Notes: a model not told the origin generated them from the letters alone. DNA of 64,000 bases from Candidatus Limnocylindrales bacterium (GCA_049514315.1 JBEKVD010000007.1:11719-75718), one strand, 5' to 3'; counted from the first letter of the stretch, positions 1 through 9,975 are shown. Translations and numbers: made by a program.

Positions 1-1
1 G

Positions 2-2143
2 GAGAACCTGCGGGTCGGGGACTCGATCTCCCTCAACGGCTCCGTCGCAGCGGGGCCGCAGGCCTATCGGATCGTCGGCATCGTGGACGGCGACGGACCA
101 CTTCCCGAGGCGGATGGCAGGCTCGTGCTGATGCCGCTCGCGTCGGCCGGGGCTCTCTTCGGGACGGCCGGTGTCACCCGGGTCGACCTGGGCGTCGCCC
201 CGGGTGCGTCGGTCGAGGAGGTGATCGGCGAGCTCGAGGCGAGTATCCAGACCGAGCCATATCTGCTCTCGCGTGCCGCGGACCTCGCAGCGTCGCTCAG
301 GGCCGAGACGGTCGACTTCCGGAGCGCCCTCCTGCTCCTGGCGGCGGTGATCCTCTTCGCGGGCGCGTTCCTGATCTTCAACACCCTGTCCATGACGGTG
401 GCGGAGCGGACCCGAGAGGTTGGACTGCTGCGCGCGGCCGGTACGACTCGCTCGCAGGTGATGAGGCTCATCCTGCTCCAGGCTCTTGCCCTGGGGATCG
501 CGGGCTCCGCGGTCGGTGTCGCTGCCGGCGTCGGTCTGGCCGCGCTGACGCTGTCATGGCTGAGCTCTTCCGGCCCCATCGCGCTGACCGCACCCTCGCT
601 TTCGGCCGGCTCGATCGGCATGGCCCTTCTGATCGGTATCGTCGTCACGCTCGCGGCGGCGCTCGAGCCGGCCTGGCGGGCCGGTCGCATTTCGCCGGTG
701 GACGCCCTTCGCCGCGGCCCGACCGGCGCAGTCGCCGGGGCCGCCCGCCTCCGCTGGCTCTTCGTGGTTTTCGCCGTTCTGGCGGTGGCGGCGCTGGCCG
801 TCTGGCCCGTCGGTCAGAGCGGCGGAAACACCGGGCCGGGCGTTCCGGCCGCCGGAGTGGGGTCAGGTACGTTGGGGCCGCTCATCATCTACGTACTGCT
901 GCTCGTCATCGTCCTGCTCCTACCGCTGCTGCTCGGAGCGCTCGTACTGGCGGCCGGGCTCCCGTTTCGGGTCTTCCACAACGAGGAGAGGCTGGCTCGG
1001 AGCTCGCTGTCACGCGATCGCAGCCGGACGGCTCTGACCGCCGGCGCGCTCGTCGTCGGGGTGGCGATGGTGGTGGCCCTGGGGACGGCGGCGCAGGACG
1101 TGCGCCAGATCGGATCGAGCTGGCTGACCGAGACTATTCCCGGGAGCGAATTGCTGACGTCGATCCGGCCCCTCGCGCAGACGGATCCCATTCGAGGCGA
1201 GCTGGCCGCGATGCCGGGTGTCAAGTCCGTTTCGCCGATCGGGATCTTCGGCGTGCCGTACGTCTCCGGGGCGCCCAATGGCAGCGCCACGGGGAGGTCG
1301 GTCGTGCTCCAGGAGGCGGCGGCGATCGTCGGCCGCGACTACCTCGCCGATGGGCGCCTGAGCTTTGTTTCCGGCGATCCGAGTTCGGCTCTCGGTGCGC
1401 TCGATGCCGGTGGCTCGGTGATCGTCCCATCGTCGCTGGCGAATGCGGCGGGCATCCGCCTCGGCGATTCCCTCGAGTTCGCGACCGGCCCGTCGCCCAC
1501 GCAACTCCGCGTCGTCGGCATAGTGGCCCATTCGATACCGGCCGGAGCCCAGGAGGCGATTCTCGTGGGCTGGTCCGACGCGGTCGGGGAGTTCGGCGTG
1601 GCCGGGGCCGATTTCTACGCGGTTCGATACGTCGCCGGCCAGGAGTCGACGGCGAGAACCGCGCTCGACGCGGCCGCCACCTCGTACGCCCTCGAGCCAA
1701 ACGAGCTGGACCGCGTCTCCGGCGCCGTGGGCGACGCCCTGGACCGCATCTTCCGACTGCTCGATGCGCTGGCGCTGATCGCGGTCCTGATCGCCGGGCT
1801 CGGCGTGGTGAACACGCTGTCGATGAGCGTGCTCGAGCGAGTTCGTGAGATCGGCGTGCTGCGAGCGACCGGCATGACCAGCCGGCAGGTGTGGGGCATG
1901 GTGGTCATCGAGGCCGGTGTCCTGGGCGTCGTGGGGTCGATCATCGGCGCCGCAGCGGGACTGGTCGTCGGTGCCCTTCTCGTCGCTTGGTCGAGTGCAG
2001 GCTTCGAGTTCGCCTTCGATCCGCCGTGGCTCTCGATCGCCGCTGCCGTCTGCTTCGGCATCCTGACAAGCATCGCCGCGGCGATCTACCCGGCCGGCGT
2101 GGCCAGCCGGGTGTCGATTGTCAGTGCCCTCCAGCACGAATAG
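2..2143 (+). CDS. FtsX/MacB-type ABC transporter permease with duplicated 4-TM module; 5' end lies outside the window
   Basis: The frame is open from the window edge. Two FtsX signature regions are present (FNTLSMTVAERTREVGLLRAAG and VNTLSMSVLERVREIGVLRATG). Each is followed by TM helices, and a large soluble domain separates them. Confidence 0.8.
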   Translation, partial: ENLRVGDSISLNGSVAAGPQAYRIVGIVDGDGPLPEADGRLVLMPLASAGALFGTAGVTRVDLGVAPGASVEEVIGELEASIQTEPYLLSRAADLAASLRAETVDFRSALLLLAAVILFAGAFLIFNTLSMTVAERTREVGLLRAAGTTRSQVMRLILLQALALGIAGSAVGVAAGVGLAALTLSWLSSSGPIALTAPSLSAGSIGMALLIGIVVTLAAALEPAWRAGRISPVDALRRGPTGAVAGAARLRWLFVVFAVLAVAALAVWPVGQSGGNTGPGVPAAGVGSGTLGPLIIYVLLLVIVLLLPLLLGALVLAAGLPFRVFHNEERLARSSLSRDRSRTALTAGALVVGVAMVVALGTAAQDVRQIGSSWLTETIPGSELLTSIRPLAQTDPIRGELAAMPGVKSVSPIGIFGVPYVSGAPNGSATGRSVVLQEAAAIVGRDYLADGRLSFVSGDPSSALGALDAGGSVIVPSSLANAAGIRLGDSLEFATGPSPTQLRVVGIVAHSIPAGAQEAILVGWSDAVGEFGVAGADFYAVRYVAGQESTARTALDAAATSYALEPNELDRVSGAVGDALDRIFRLLDALALIAVLIAGLGVVNTLSMSVLERVREIGVLRATGMTSRQVWGMVVIEAGVLGVVGSIIGAAAGLVVGALLVAWSSAGFEFAFDPPWLSIAAAVCFGILTSIAAAIYPAGVASRVSIVSALQHE

Positions 2144-2278
2144 CGGGCCGGCTGTCGAGTCGAGCTTCTCCTGCTCGCGCCGATTGCCGGGTTTGCTACA
2201 CTCGGCCCATCCGGAACAGGAGAAGAGTTCCCGGTTGTGCCAGCGCCGCAGCCCGCGCCGCAAAAGGATCGACGACGC

Positions 2279-2944
2279 ATGCTCGCGACCCACCAGCTGA
2301 ACCGTCTCCCCGCCGCGGAGCGCGGCATCACGATCGCCGATTTCCTGGTCCCAATTCGAATCGGCGAACGGATGAGCGCTCGGCTCCGCCACCTCGCCCT
2401 GATGTGTGTCGGCGCGGCCTTCATCGCTCTGACCGCGAGAGTGGCGATCTGGCTTCCCGACAACCCCGTCCCCATAACCGGGCAGACGCTTTCGGTGCTG
2501 GTCGTCGGCGGTGCCCTGGGCTTTCGTCGCGGCGCGATGTCGGTAGCCCTGTACTTGATCCTCGGTTTCTTCCTGCCGGTCTACGCCGGTGGGTCTCACG
2601 GCCTGAGTACGATCGTGAGCGTCGGATCGAGCGGCGTCGTGCTGGGAGCCCCGGGTGGTTACCTGGTGGGCTTCCTGGTGGCGGCGGCCCTGGTGGGGTG
2701 GCTGGCGGAGCTCGGCTGGGATCGGCACATCGGCGGCGCCCTTGGGGCGATGGTCCTGGGCGAGGTCGCGATCTACGCCATCGGCGTGACCTGGCTGGCG
2801 ATCGCGGCCCACCTCTCGCCCCAGGTCGCGCTCGACAGGGGTTTCCTGCCGTTTCTCATCGGGGACGCGATCAAGCTCGCCATTGCGGCCGGGATCTTCC
2901 CCGTCGCGTGGTGGCTGGTCGGCCGAAGAGCGGACGACCGCTAG
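2279..2944 (+). CDS. bioY: Biotin transporter BioY (ECF S-component family)
   Basis: Contains the BioY hallmark PVPITGQTLSVLVVGGALG plus a polytopic hydrophobic profile. ATG 2279 is preceded by AAGGA with 8 nt spacing. Alternative starts at 2237 and 2372 are possible. Confidence 0.8.
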   Translation: MLATHQLNRLPAAERGITIADFLVPIRIGERMSARLRHLALMCVGAAFIALTARVAIWLPDNPVPITGQTLSVLVVGGALGFRRGAMSVALYLILGFFLPVYAGGSHGLSTIVSVGSSGVVLGAPGGYLVGFLVAAALVGWLAELGWDRHIGGALGAMVLGEVAIYAIGVTWLAIAAHLSPQVALDRGFLPFLIGDAIKLAIAAGIFPVAWWLVGRRADDR

Positions 2945-3165
2945 ACGGCGGATCGAGCCTTCCACGGTTCCAGGAAAGAAAGGCCGATGCACGCTAAAGG
3001 CGCTCGCTCTGCCGCCCGGATCCGCTTCCGCCCCGGCGCCCACGCCGCCGGACGGCTCGTCAGCAACGTCAGAAAGTAGCCCAGTCGCCGGGTCGGAGTT
3101 TGCCGACGCCGAACAGGCCCAGGCAGGGCTCCAGGCCTTCGATCGCGACCGGGCCGAGGCTCGAG

Positions 3166-4083
3166 CTAGGCCGATTTGCGGCGGCGAACCGGCGAGGCGT
3201 CGGCCGTTGGCTCTGCCGAGACGACCCCGGCCGAAGCCGCTGCGGCCCTGCGGCCGGGCCCCGATCTTGCCGCGGCAATGGTTTCCGGCGCGGCGCCCGC
3301 GCGGGCGGCCCTGGCCGCGGCGACGCTCGCCTCAAGGGCTGCCAGGAGGTCCCCGACGCCGGCTACCGGGACGGCGGCCGGTTCGGCGATCTCGGCGCCT
3401 GCGGCCTTGGTCTCGATGAGGGCCAGGAGCGACTCGCGATACTCGTCGTGGTAGACCGACGGTTCGAACTCCCGCGTCATCGCATCGATGAGCTGCTGCG
3501 CCATGGCCAGCTCGGTGGGCTTGATCTCGACCTCTGATTCGGGCAGCGTCAGCTCCCCGAGCGAGCGCACTTCGTCGGGCCAGTAGAGCGTGGACAGGAG
3601 CATCGTCGAGGCGAACGGGTCGATGGCGGCCAGCTGCTCGCGGTCCTTCAGCACGATCTTGGCGATGGCCCGCAGGCCGCGCTGGGCCAGAATTCCCTTT
3701 AGCAGGTAGAAGGCCTTGCGCGCGATCGGCTCGGGCTCGATGTAGTAGGCGCCCTTGACGAAGCGTGTCGTCTCATGGCCGGAGTCGGCCGGGACGAACT
3801 GCTCGATCTCGATGGAGCGAACCGTCTTGAGCGGCACCGACGCGAGATCCTCGTCCGTGACGACCACGTACTGGCCCGGCGCAATCTCGTAGCCTCGAAC
3901 GGTGTCGCTCCGCTCGATGTACGCGTCGTCGGTGGGGCAGTAGGTCTTCATCTGGATCCGGCCGTGGCAGTCGGCGTGGAGCAGGTTGAAGCTCACGCCC
4001 CTGGATTCCGTGGCCAGGTACAGCTTCACCGGGATCGTCACCAGGCCGAACTGGATGGCCCCCTTCCACATCGAACGCGCCAT
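3166..4083 (-). CDS. ku: Ku protein (non-homologous end joining)
   Basis: N-terminus MARSMWKGAIQFGLVTIPVKLY...RGYEIAPGQYVVVTDEDL is canonical bacterial Ku. It has a basic Ala/Arg-rich C-terminal tail. Confidence 0.92.
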   Translation of the reverse strand: MARSMWKGAIQFGLVTIPVKLYLATESRGVSFNLLHADCHGRIQMKTYCPTDDAYIERSDTVRGYEIAPGQYVVVTDEDLASVPLKTVRSIEIEQFVPADSGHETTRFVKGAYYIEPEPIARKAFYLLKGILAQRGLRAIAKIVLKDREQLAAIDPFASTMLLSTLYWPDEVRSLGELTLPESEVEIKPTELAMAQQLIDAMTREFEPSVYHDEYRESLLALIETKAAGAEIAEPAAVPVAGVGDLLAALEASVAAARAARAGAAPETIAAARSGPGRRAAAASAGVVSAEPTADASPVRRRKSA

Positions 4084-4233
4084 TGGATCGCTCCTTGCCC
4101 CGCGTTCCCTTCACGATGGGTCCGCGAGCCGTGAGCATAGCGCGGCATCGGGTGGCGTCCAGACGAGCCGCAGCATGTTCCGCGCGGTCGAACGGTCGGT
4201 CCGAAAGCGCCGCTCGTGTCGGCAGAAGCGGGC

Positions 4234-5499
4234 TCAGCGCGGGCGAAGTTCGGCCTCCGCCTCGGCCAGGCGGGCGAGAATGCCGTCGCGGAGGCGATCC
4301 AGACCGGCGTAGACTTCCTTCGCGCTCGTGCCGATGGACGTCAGCGTCATCTTCAGGGCACGAAGCATCTCGAGTTGCTCGCGGACGCCCTTGAGCGCCT
4401 CAGCCACCGCTGCGGCATCAACCTCGACGTCGTGGTCGCGCAGCGTCTGCAGCGCCAGCAACCTCGCCAGCCGAACCGCGGCCTCGAGAGTGGCGAGGTC
4501 GGGTGTGGCCGGGTCCAGCACGCAGTAGACGTCACCGGCTCGAACGTCGAATGGGGCGATGCCGGCCGGGGCGTGGGCCGGGGTGAAGACGACCAGGGCG
4601 ACGGCCGCGTCGCGGTTCGTCCTGGCTTCGCGCAGCTCGTCGCGCATCGCCCGGCCGGAGACGTAGCGATCCTTGCACTCGACCACGACCCGCAGCTCGG
4701 CCGCGGCAGTGGCCTGGGCGTTGAGCGTCAGCACGAAGTCGCCCTTCTTCGAACTCATGAGCGCGCCCGCCTCGGTGCCGGTTCGCTCGAGGATGTCGCC
4801 CGAGCCGCGTGCCAGGTCTCCCAGCAGCCCCTCGACGGTGCCCTCGAAATCCCCGCCTTTCGCGGAGCCCTTCATTCGCTCGGATGCGCGCGCGGTGCCG
4901 GCCGCCTCGAGCGCAGAGAGCCGCTCGTTCAGCCTGGCGAAGCCGTCTGCCATCTCGACGCGGAACTGGTGCAGCGGCGAGCCGAGCCGGGTGGGATCGA
5001 GCAGCTGGGCGAGCCGCGACGCGTCACCGTCGAAGTACGTGCCCAGCAGAACCTTCATGCGGCCGATGGCGCTGTCGCGTTTCGCCTCGTCGAAGAGGTC
5101 GTCAACGAAGCCTCTCAGCTGGCCCTTGTCGCCCAGGAACCGCTCGAGCGTCCGCGGCAGCCGCCCCTCCCCGTCGGCGAAATTCTGCCGCAGGACCGTG
5201 TCCAGAGCCGTGGCCGCCTTCTCATTGGCGGCCTCCGTCTGCCGCAGCAGGCCCTGGAACTCGGCCCGGACCGCATCCACGTTCACCGCTACGCCGACGC
5301 TCTGGATCGCCGTCAGGCCGACCCGGAGGGCGCGTTCCACCAGTGCGACGTGCTCCTCCCGCGGCCGATCGGCTACGAACGCGGCCAGCGCCGGGTCGTC
5401 GAGAACGAGGTGTTCCAGGACGATCCGACCGCCCTCGACCCGGACGCTCGATTGACGGCCGGGTGCCCCGGGGAGCTGTACCAACCTGACTGCATCCAC
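4234..5499 (-). CDS. Hypothetical protein: N-terminal coiled-coil-like region plus C-terminal PD-(D/E)xK-like nuclease motif
   Basis: The long ORF 4234..6189 is truncated to GTG 5499 because its 5' part is antisense to merR. The C-terminal part has KGDFVLTL...RVVVECKDRY, a D...E-x-K arrangement. Amino acid composition is normal, unlike the overlapping frames. The start is uncertain. Confidence 0.6.
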   Translation of the reverse strand: MDAVRLVQLPGAPGRQSSVRVEGGRIVLEHLVLDDPALAAFVADRPREEHVALVERALRVGLTAIQSVGVAVNVDAVRAEFQGLLRQTEAANEKAATALDTVLRQNFADGEGRLPRTLERFLGDKGQLRGFVDDLFDEAKRDSAIGRMKVLLGTYFDGDASRLAQLLDPTRLGSPLHQFRVEMADGFARLNERLSALEAAGTARASERMKGSAKGGDFEGTVEGLLGDLARGSGDILERTGTEAGALMSSKKGDFVLTLNAQATAAAELRVVVECKDRYVSGRAMRDELREARTNRDAAVALVVFTPAHAPAGIAPFDVRAGDVYCVLDPATPDLATLEAAVRLARLLALQTLRDHDVEVDAAAVAEALKGVREQLEMLRALKMTLTSIGTSAKEVYAGLDRLRDGILARLAEAEAELRPR

Positions 5500-5730
5500 G
5501 GCCTGAGCCTGCGGCGGGCCCGTGTCAGCTAGCCTGTCACGCCAGGCCCGAGCCGGGCGCGTTTCTCCCGCGGCGGCTCCGGCAGTGGCGGCAGAAGATG
5601 TGAGCGGCCACCGATCGCCATGGCTGCCACAGCGCGGCGATGACTTCCAGCCAGGCGGGGTCGATGGGCCGGCCCGGACGGTTGCAACCCGCACCTTCAC
5701 GTAAACGGCAATGTTGAGTACAATGCCGAT

Positions 5731-6198
5731 GTGAAGCCGGACGGGGACACTGCAGTTCAGGACGCGCGGTTGCTCCGCATCCACGAGGCCGCCGCCGAAG
5801 TCGGGTTGACGCCTCGGTCGGTTCGCTACTACGAGGAGCTGGGACTGCTCACGCCGGCGGCGCGCTCGGGGGGCGACTACCGACTGTACGACGAGACCGA
5901 CGTCGAGCGGCTCCGCTTCATCAAGGGGCTCCGCGACGATGCGGGCTTCTCGCTGGCCGAGATTGCCCAGCTCCTTGAGGACGAGGCGGCGCGCGAGCAC
6001 GGCCACGCCGCCTACCACGCGACTGCTGATCCGGCCGAACGCATACAGATTCTGCGCGACAGGCTCGTCCGCTACGACCATCAAATCCAGATGCTTCGAA
6101 GCAAGATCGGTCGGCTGGAGGCCATGGTTGGCGAGACCTCGCGCCGCAGATCCCAGACGGCCGAGAAGATCAGCGAGCTCGAGGCGCACCAGCCGTGA
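5731..6198 (+). CDS. MerR family transcriptional regulator
   Basis: HTH region IHEAAAEVGLTPRSVRYYEELGLLTPAARSGGDYRLYDETDVERLRFIKGLR. Upstream TTCACG...TACAAT is a promoter-like pair. The stop overlaps the start of the next MFS gene. Confidence 0.9.
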   Translation: MKPDGDTAVQDARLLRIHEAAAEVGLTPRSVRYYEELGLLTPAARSGGDYRLYDETDVERLRFIKGLRDDAGFSLAEIAQLLEDEAAREHGHAAYHATADPAERIQILRDRLVRYDHQIQMLRSKIGRLEAMVGETSRRRSQTAEKISELEAHQP

Positions 6199-7688
6199 GG
6201 AACCCCGTCCGCGCGATCGTCAATCCGGCCCGGTCGAGCTATCGGTGGTGGGTCCTGGCCGTGACCAGCGTCGGCGCCCTGATGGCTTCGTTGACCGGGG
6301 GCACGCTGATAATCGCGCTGCCCGAAATCCTGCGCGACCTCCACACCGACATCTTCAGCTTGCTCTGGATCGTCGTCGGCTACACGCTCGTAGCGACCGT
6401 GCTGGTTCTCAATGCCGGGCGCGTTGCCGATATGGTCGGCCGGGTGCGCTCATACACGCTCGGCTTCGTCATCTTCACGGCTGCCTCGATCCTGTGCGCC
6501 CTCGCGCCCGATGCCCCGCAGTTGATCGCCTGGCGTCTCGTCCAGGGCGTCGGCGGCGCGCTGCTGATGGCCAACGCCACCGCCCTGGTCACCGACGCGT
6601 TTCCTCGTCGCGAGCTCGGCCGTGCTCTGGGCATCAACGCCATGGTCATCGGTGCGGGTGCGATCATGGGCCCGATCCTGGGCGGCTGGCTGACCGGCTT
6701 TGGCTGGCGCACGATCTTCTGGTTCAACGTCCCGATCGGCGTTCTCGGCATCCTCGGCGCGGGCCTGATCCTGGTGGAGGGCATGCCTCATGGTCGACGC
6801 GTGGAGATCGACTGGGTCGGCTCGGTGCTCTACTTCGTCGGCCTGATGGGGCTCATGATGGCCCTGGCATTCGGGGGCGTGTACGGCTGGACGACCTGGT
6901 GGGTCCTGGGCGGGTTCCTTGCCTTTGTCGTGGCCGCGCCGATCTTCCTCTGGGTCGAGGCCCACCACGACGCCCCGCTGCTCGACCTGTCGCTCTTCCA
7001 CGACCGGCTGTTCGCCATGGGCAACCTGACCGGCTTCCTCAATGCGATCGCCCGCAACGGAGTGCTGTTCCTGCTGGTGTTCTACCTGCAGGGCGCCAGG
7101 GGGGAGGACCCCGTCACGGCCGGGCTCATGCTTGCGCCGCTGGCGATCGGGCTGGTGGTTCTCTCGCCGATAAGCGGCATCCTGGCCGACCGCTATGGCT
7201 CGCGCGGGCTTGCCACCGCCGGCATGGTGATCACGGGCCTGGGCCTGGCAGGGCTGATGACGCTCGGCACGACCACCCCTTACTGGCAGCTGGCGTTGTG
7301 GCAGCTTGTCGTGGGCGCGGGCTCGGGGATCTTCAACTCGCCGAACACGAGCGCCGTGATGGGCGTCGTGCCGCCGGATAAGAGAGGTGTCGGAGCGGGC
7401 ACGCGCATGATGCTGATGCAATCCGGGTTCGTCGTCTCGATTGCGCTGGCGATAGGCCTGGTGTCGGCCTCGATGGACCCCAAGGTCCTCGTGGCCGTGT
7501 TCTCGGGCACACAGATCGGCAGCGGCGGGATCAGCCTGGCTCCGTTCATGAACGCCCTCCACCTGGCCTTCCTGGCCGGCGTTGTGGCCAGCGCTCTGGG
7601 GGCCGTGGCGTCGCTCATGCGCGGCGAGCACCGATCGTACGAGGGAGTCGAGAGCCGACCGACGCTCGACCGCGAGGCGGCCGGGTGA
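6195..7688 (+). CDS. MFS transporter, DHA2 (EmrB/QacA-like, 14-TMS) drug exporter family
   Basis: Motifs GRVADMVGR and LVQGVGGALLMANATALVTDAFP are present, about 14 hydrophobic segments are visible, and the gene is coupled to merR. Confidence 0.85.
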   Translation: MRNPVRAIVNPARSSYRWWVLAVTSVGALMASLTGGTLIIALPEILRDLHTDIFSLLWIVVGYTLVATVLVLNAGRVADMVGRVRSYTLGFVIFTAASILCALAPDAPQLIAWRLVQGVGGALLMANATALVTDAFPRRELGRALGINAMVIGAGAIMGPILGGWLTGFGWRTIFWFNVPIGVLGILGAGLILVEGMPHGRRVEIDWVGSVLYFVGLMGLMMALAFGGVYGWTTWWVLGGFLAFVVAAPIFLWVEAHHDAPLLDLSLFHDRLFAMGNLTGFLNAIARNGVLFLLVFYLQGARGEDPVTAGLMLAPLAIGLVVLSPISGILADRYGSRGLATAGMVITGLGLAGLMTLGTTTPYWQLALWQLVVGAGSGIFNSPNTSAVMGVVPPDKRGVGAGTRMMLMQSGFVVSIALAIGLVSASMDPKVLVAVFSGTQIGSGGISLAPFMNALHLAFLAGVVASALGAVASLMRGEHRSYEGVESRPTLDREAAG

Positions 7689-9019
7689 TCGTAGGAGGAC
7701 GGGTCCGCTTCGTTGCCGCCGGCCGAGCCCTGCGCCACCGCAACTTCCGTTTCTTCTTCTTCGGTCAGCTCGTCTCCGTCACCGGCACGTGGATGCAGAC
7801 CCTTGCCCAGGGCTGGCTCGTGGGAACGCTCGTCGGCTGGAACCAGGCTGTCGTCTACATCGGCCTGCTGGGCGTCGTGCAGTTCTTGCCGGTTCTCGTG
7901 CTCGGCCTGTTCGGAGGGATCGTCGCCGACATCTGGCCGAAGCGGATGACCGTGATCGGCACCCAGACGGCGGCCGGCTTGCTGGCCCTGACCCTGGGAG
8001 GGCTCGACTACTTCCACCTGGTCGCGGTCTGGCAAGTATTCGTCCTGGCGTTTCTCCTGGGCCTCGTCAACGCCGTCGACATGCCCGCGCGCCAGGCGTT
8101 CGTGGTCGAGATGGTCGGCAGTGACGACGTGGCGAATGCCGTTGCCCTGAACTCGGCCGTCTTCAACGGCGCGCGCATCGTCGGACCGGCAATCGGCGGA
8201 GTGCTGATCTCCGTCGTCGGAACGGCGCTCTGCTTCATCCTCAATGGACTCAGCTTCGGCGCCGTCGTGATCGGCCTGCTGGCGATGCGCGACAGCGAAC
8301 TGAAGCCGGCCCCTCGGCTGCCGATGCCAAGAAGCCTGTCGGAGGTTCGAGGGAACCTGGCTGAGGGCCTGCGATACGTGTGGGACACGCCGATGGTGCT
8401 TCTGGCCATCGCCGTGATCGCGTTCGTCTCCACCTTCGGCATGAACTTCAACGTCGTGCTGCCGGTCATTGCTGCCAGTGTCCTGAACGTCGGGCCCAAT
8501 GGATTCGGATACCTGTACGCTTCCATGGGCGCCGGAGCGCTCGTGGCCGCAGTGTCGGCCGCGATGCTGGGGAGGCCGCGCCTTCGGGTTCTGATCGGCG
8601 GCGGGATCGTCCTCGGAGCGGCCGAATTCGTGCTGGCCAGCACGACGATGTTCCCGGTCGCCATGGCCGCCGTCTTTTTCTGCGGCGCGGGTGCCATCGC
8701 GACGTCGGTCAGCGCCAACTCGTTGATCCAGATCACCGTCCCAGGTCCGCTCCGGGGCCGGGTCATGAGCGTCTACACGACCGTCTTCTCGGGCTCCACC
8801 CCGATCGGGAACGGGCTGACCGGCGGCATCGGCGGCCTGTGGGGCACGCCGGCCGCGCTGGTCATGAACGGCGCGATCTCGCTCGGAGCAGAGGCCGTTG
8901 CGGCCGTGGCCGTGCTGCGTGGCTTCGTGCCGCGAGTCGGTGGGGGGCGGGGAAACGGATCGAGCGAGCTCATGCGGCCGAAGATGGTCACGAACGCCGG
9001 CTCAGCTTCGGTCGACTAG
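7685..9019 (+). CDS. MFS transporter (MFS_3 / EntS-like family)
   Basis: N-terminus NFRFFFFGQLVSVTGTWMQTLAQGWLV is typical of this MFS subgroup. About 12 TM segments. GTGA overlap with the upstream gene. Confidence 0.8.
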   Translation: MIVGGRVRFVAAGRALRHRNFRFFFFGQLVSVTGTWMQTLAQGWLVGTLVGWNQAVVYIGLLGVVQFLPVLVLGLFGGIVADIWPKRMTVIGTQTAAGLLALTLGGLDYFHLVAVWQVFVLAFLLGLVNAVDMPARQAFVVEMVGSDDVANAVALNSAVFNGARIVGPAIGGVLISVVGTALCFILNGLSFGAVVIGLLAMRDSELKPAPRLPMPRSLSEVRGNLAEGLRYVWDTPMVLLAIAVIAFVSTFGMNFNVVLPVIAASVLNVGPNGFGYLYASMGAGALVAAVSAAMLGRPRLRVLIGGGIVLGAAEFVLASTTMFPVAMAAVFFCGAGAIATSVSANSLIQITVPGPLRGRVMSVYTTVFSGSTPIGNGLTGGIGGLWGTPAALVMNGAISLGAEAVAAVAVLRGFVPRVGGGRGNGSSELMRPKMVTNAGSASVD

Positions 9020-9064
9020 CTGTCGCGATTCCCGCTGCGAACTTCCGCCAGGACGGCAACGGCG

Positions 9065-9607
9065 TCAGCTGCGCCCCGCATCCTCGGCCGCCGGAATCAG
9101 CTCGAACGCGTATGCGATTAGGTCGACGCCCGGCACCGGCGTGAAGTCGCGGTCGGGGCGGCGGTTGAAGCCCATGCCCTCGTAGAGCCGGATGGCAGCC
9201 GGCATCCACGAGCCGGTGTGCAGGACGAGGCGCTCTCGCCCGGCCGCGCGACTCCGGTTGAGACAAGCCTGGGTGAGCGCTCGACCAACACCCCGCCGCT
9301 GGTGGGTCGGATCCACAGCCAGCATGCGCATCCCGGCCTCGCCTTCACGCAGCTCTTCGGAGTAGGGGTCATCGGGACCCCGCACGTATGTCACGCCGCC
9401 GAGCAGCTCGCCATCGGGGCCCGCGGCGACCAGGACGCAAGACACGGTGGCGCGGGTGGCCACGTCGCGAAGCTGGCGGTCGTAGGCCTCCTGCTCGCCG
9501 ACCATATCGGGTATTCCGTGGTAGGCCGCGACTGTCAGCTCGCCCAGCGCCGCGCACTCATCCGGGCGGACGGGCCGGATCAGGAACGTCGGCTCACTCA
9601 CGCTCAT
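9065..9607 (-). CDS. GNAT family N-acetyltransferase
   Basis: Acetyl-CoA binding motif A: MRMLAVDPTHQRRGVGRALTQACL. Confidence 0.85.
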   Translation of the reverse strand: MSVSEPTFLIRPVRPDECAALGELTVAAYHGIPDMVGEQEAYDRQLRDVATRATVSCVLVAAGPDGELLGGVTYVRGPDDPYSEELREGEAGMRMLAVDPTHQRRGVGRALTQACLNRSRAAGRERLVLHTGSWMPAAIRLYEGMGFNRRPDRDFTPVPGVDLIAYAFELIPAAEDAGRS

Positions 9608-9694
9608 AGCGGCAGGGTAACTCCGGCCGCGCGACTTCCGTCGAGCTCAAGCGCAACTGCGTCGGCGCAACCGCGGCAACACGCCTGCCGTGGC

Positions 9695-9975
9695 GCAACG
9701 GGGTGCCAGCCGACCGCTTGCCGGCCGACCGCTTGCCGGCCGACCGCGCTCCCGTGCCGCAACGGGTGCCAGCCGAACGCGTGTCGGCCGACCGCTTGCC
9801 AGCCGACCGCTTGCCAGCCGACCGCTTGCCAGCCGACCGCTTGCCAGCCGACCGCTTGCCAGCCGACCGCGCTCCCGTGCCGCAACGGGTGCCAGCCGAA
9901 CGCGTGTCGGCCGACCGCTCCGTTTCTGCAGCCTCGAGCCCGACCGCCAACTGCAGCCTCGAGCCCGACCTGTGA
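9695..9975. repeat. Nested tandem repeats: 15-bp unit GCC(A/G)GCCGACCGCTT (3 + 6 copies) inside a higher-order unit of about 120 bp, then a 25-bp unit x2
   Basis: Read directly from the sequence. The blocks are flanked by the recurring segment GCGCTCCCGTGCCGCAACGGGTGCCAGCCGAACGCGTGTCGGCCGACCGCT. CTGCAGCCTCGAGCCCGACC occurs twice at 9950-9975. Confidence 0.9.

Noticed and set aside
2165-2226. A 9-bp inverted repeat (CTTCTCCTG ... CAGGAGAAG) enclosing about 45 nt upstream of bioY, considered as a possible biotin-responsive RNA.
   Set aside because: It is a single long-range pairing with no conservation information. It may simply be the terminator or 3' structure of the upstream permease gene. 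The evidence is insufficient for a claim.
1010-3043. Very long ORFs antisense to, or out of frame with, real genes. Examples: 1010..3043 (-), 10136..12439 (-), 13789..16662 (-), 42395..44806 (-), 49444..51096 (-), 22266..23345 (-), 23783..24988 (-).
   Set aside because: Their translations are Arg/Pro/Gly/Ala/His-rich with no motifs. Each overlaps a gene with unambiguous family signatures on the other strand or frame. This is the typical stop-codon depletion of high-GC DNA.
5500-6189. The 5' third of ORF 4234..6189, giving a 651-aa version.
   Set aside because: It is antisense to the clear MerR gene and its promoter, and it translates to low-complexity sequence. The gene is shortened to GTG 5499.
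9703-9975. ORF translating the 15-bp repeats as ADRLP pentapeptide repeats, a possible pentapeptide-repeat protein.
   Set aside because: - The register does not fit the A(D/N)LXX consensus, because Leu is at the wrong position.
- There are only about 9 units, and they are interrupted.
- There is no RBS.
- All six frames are open across the repeats, and neighbouring repeat families have non-triplet lengths.
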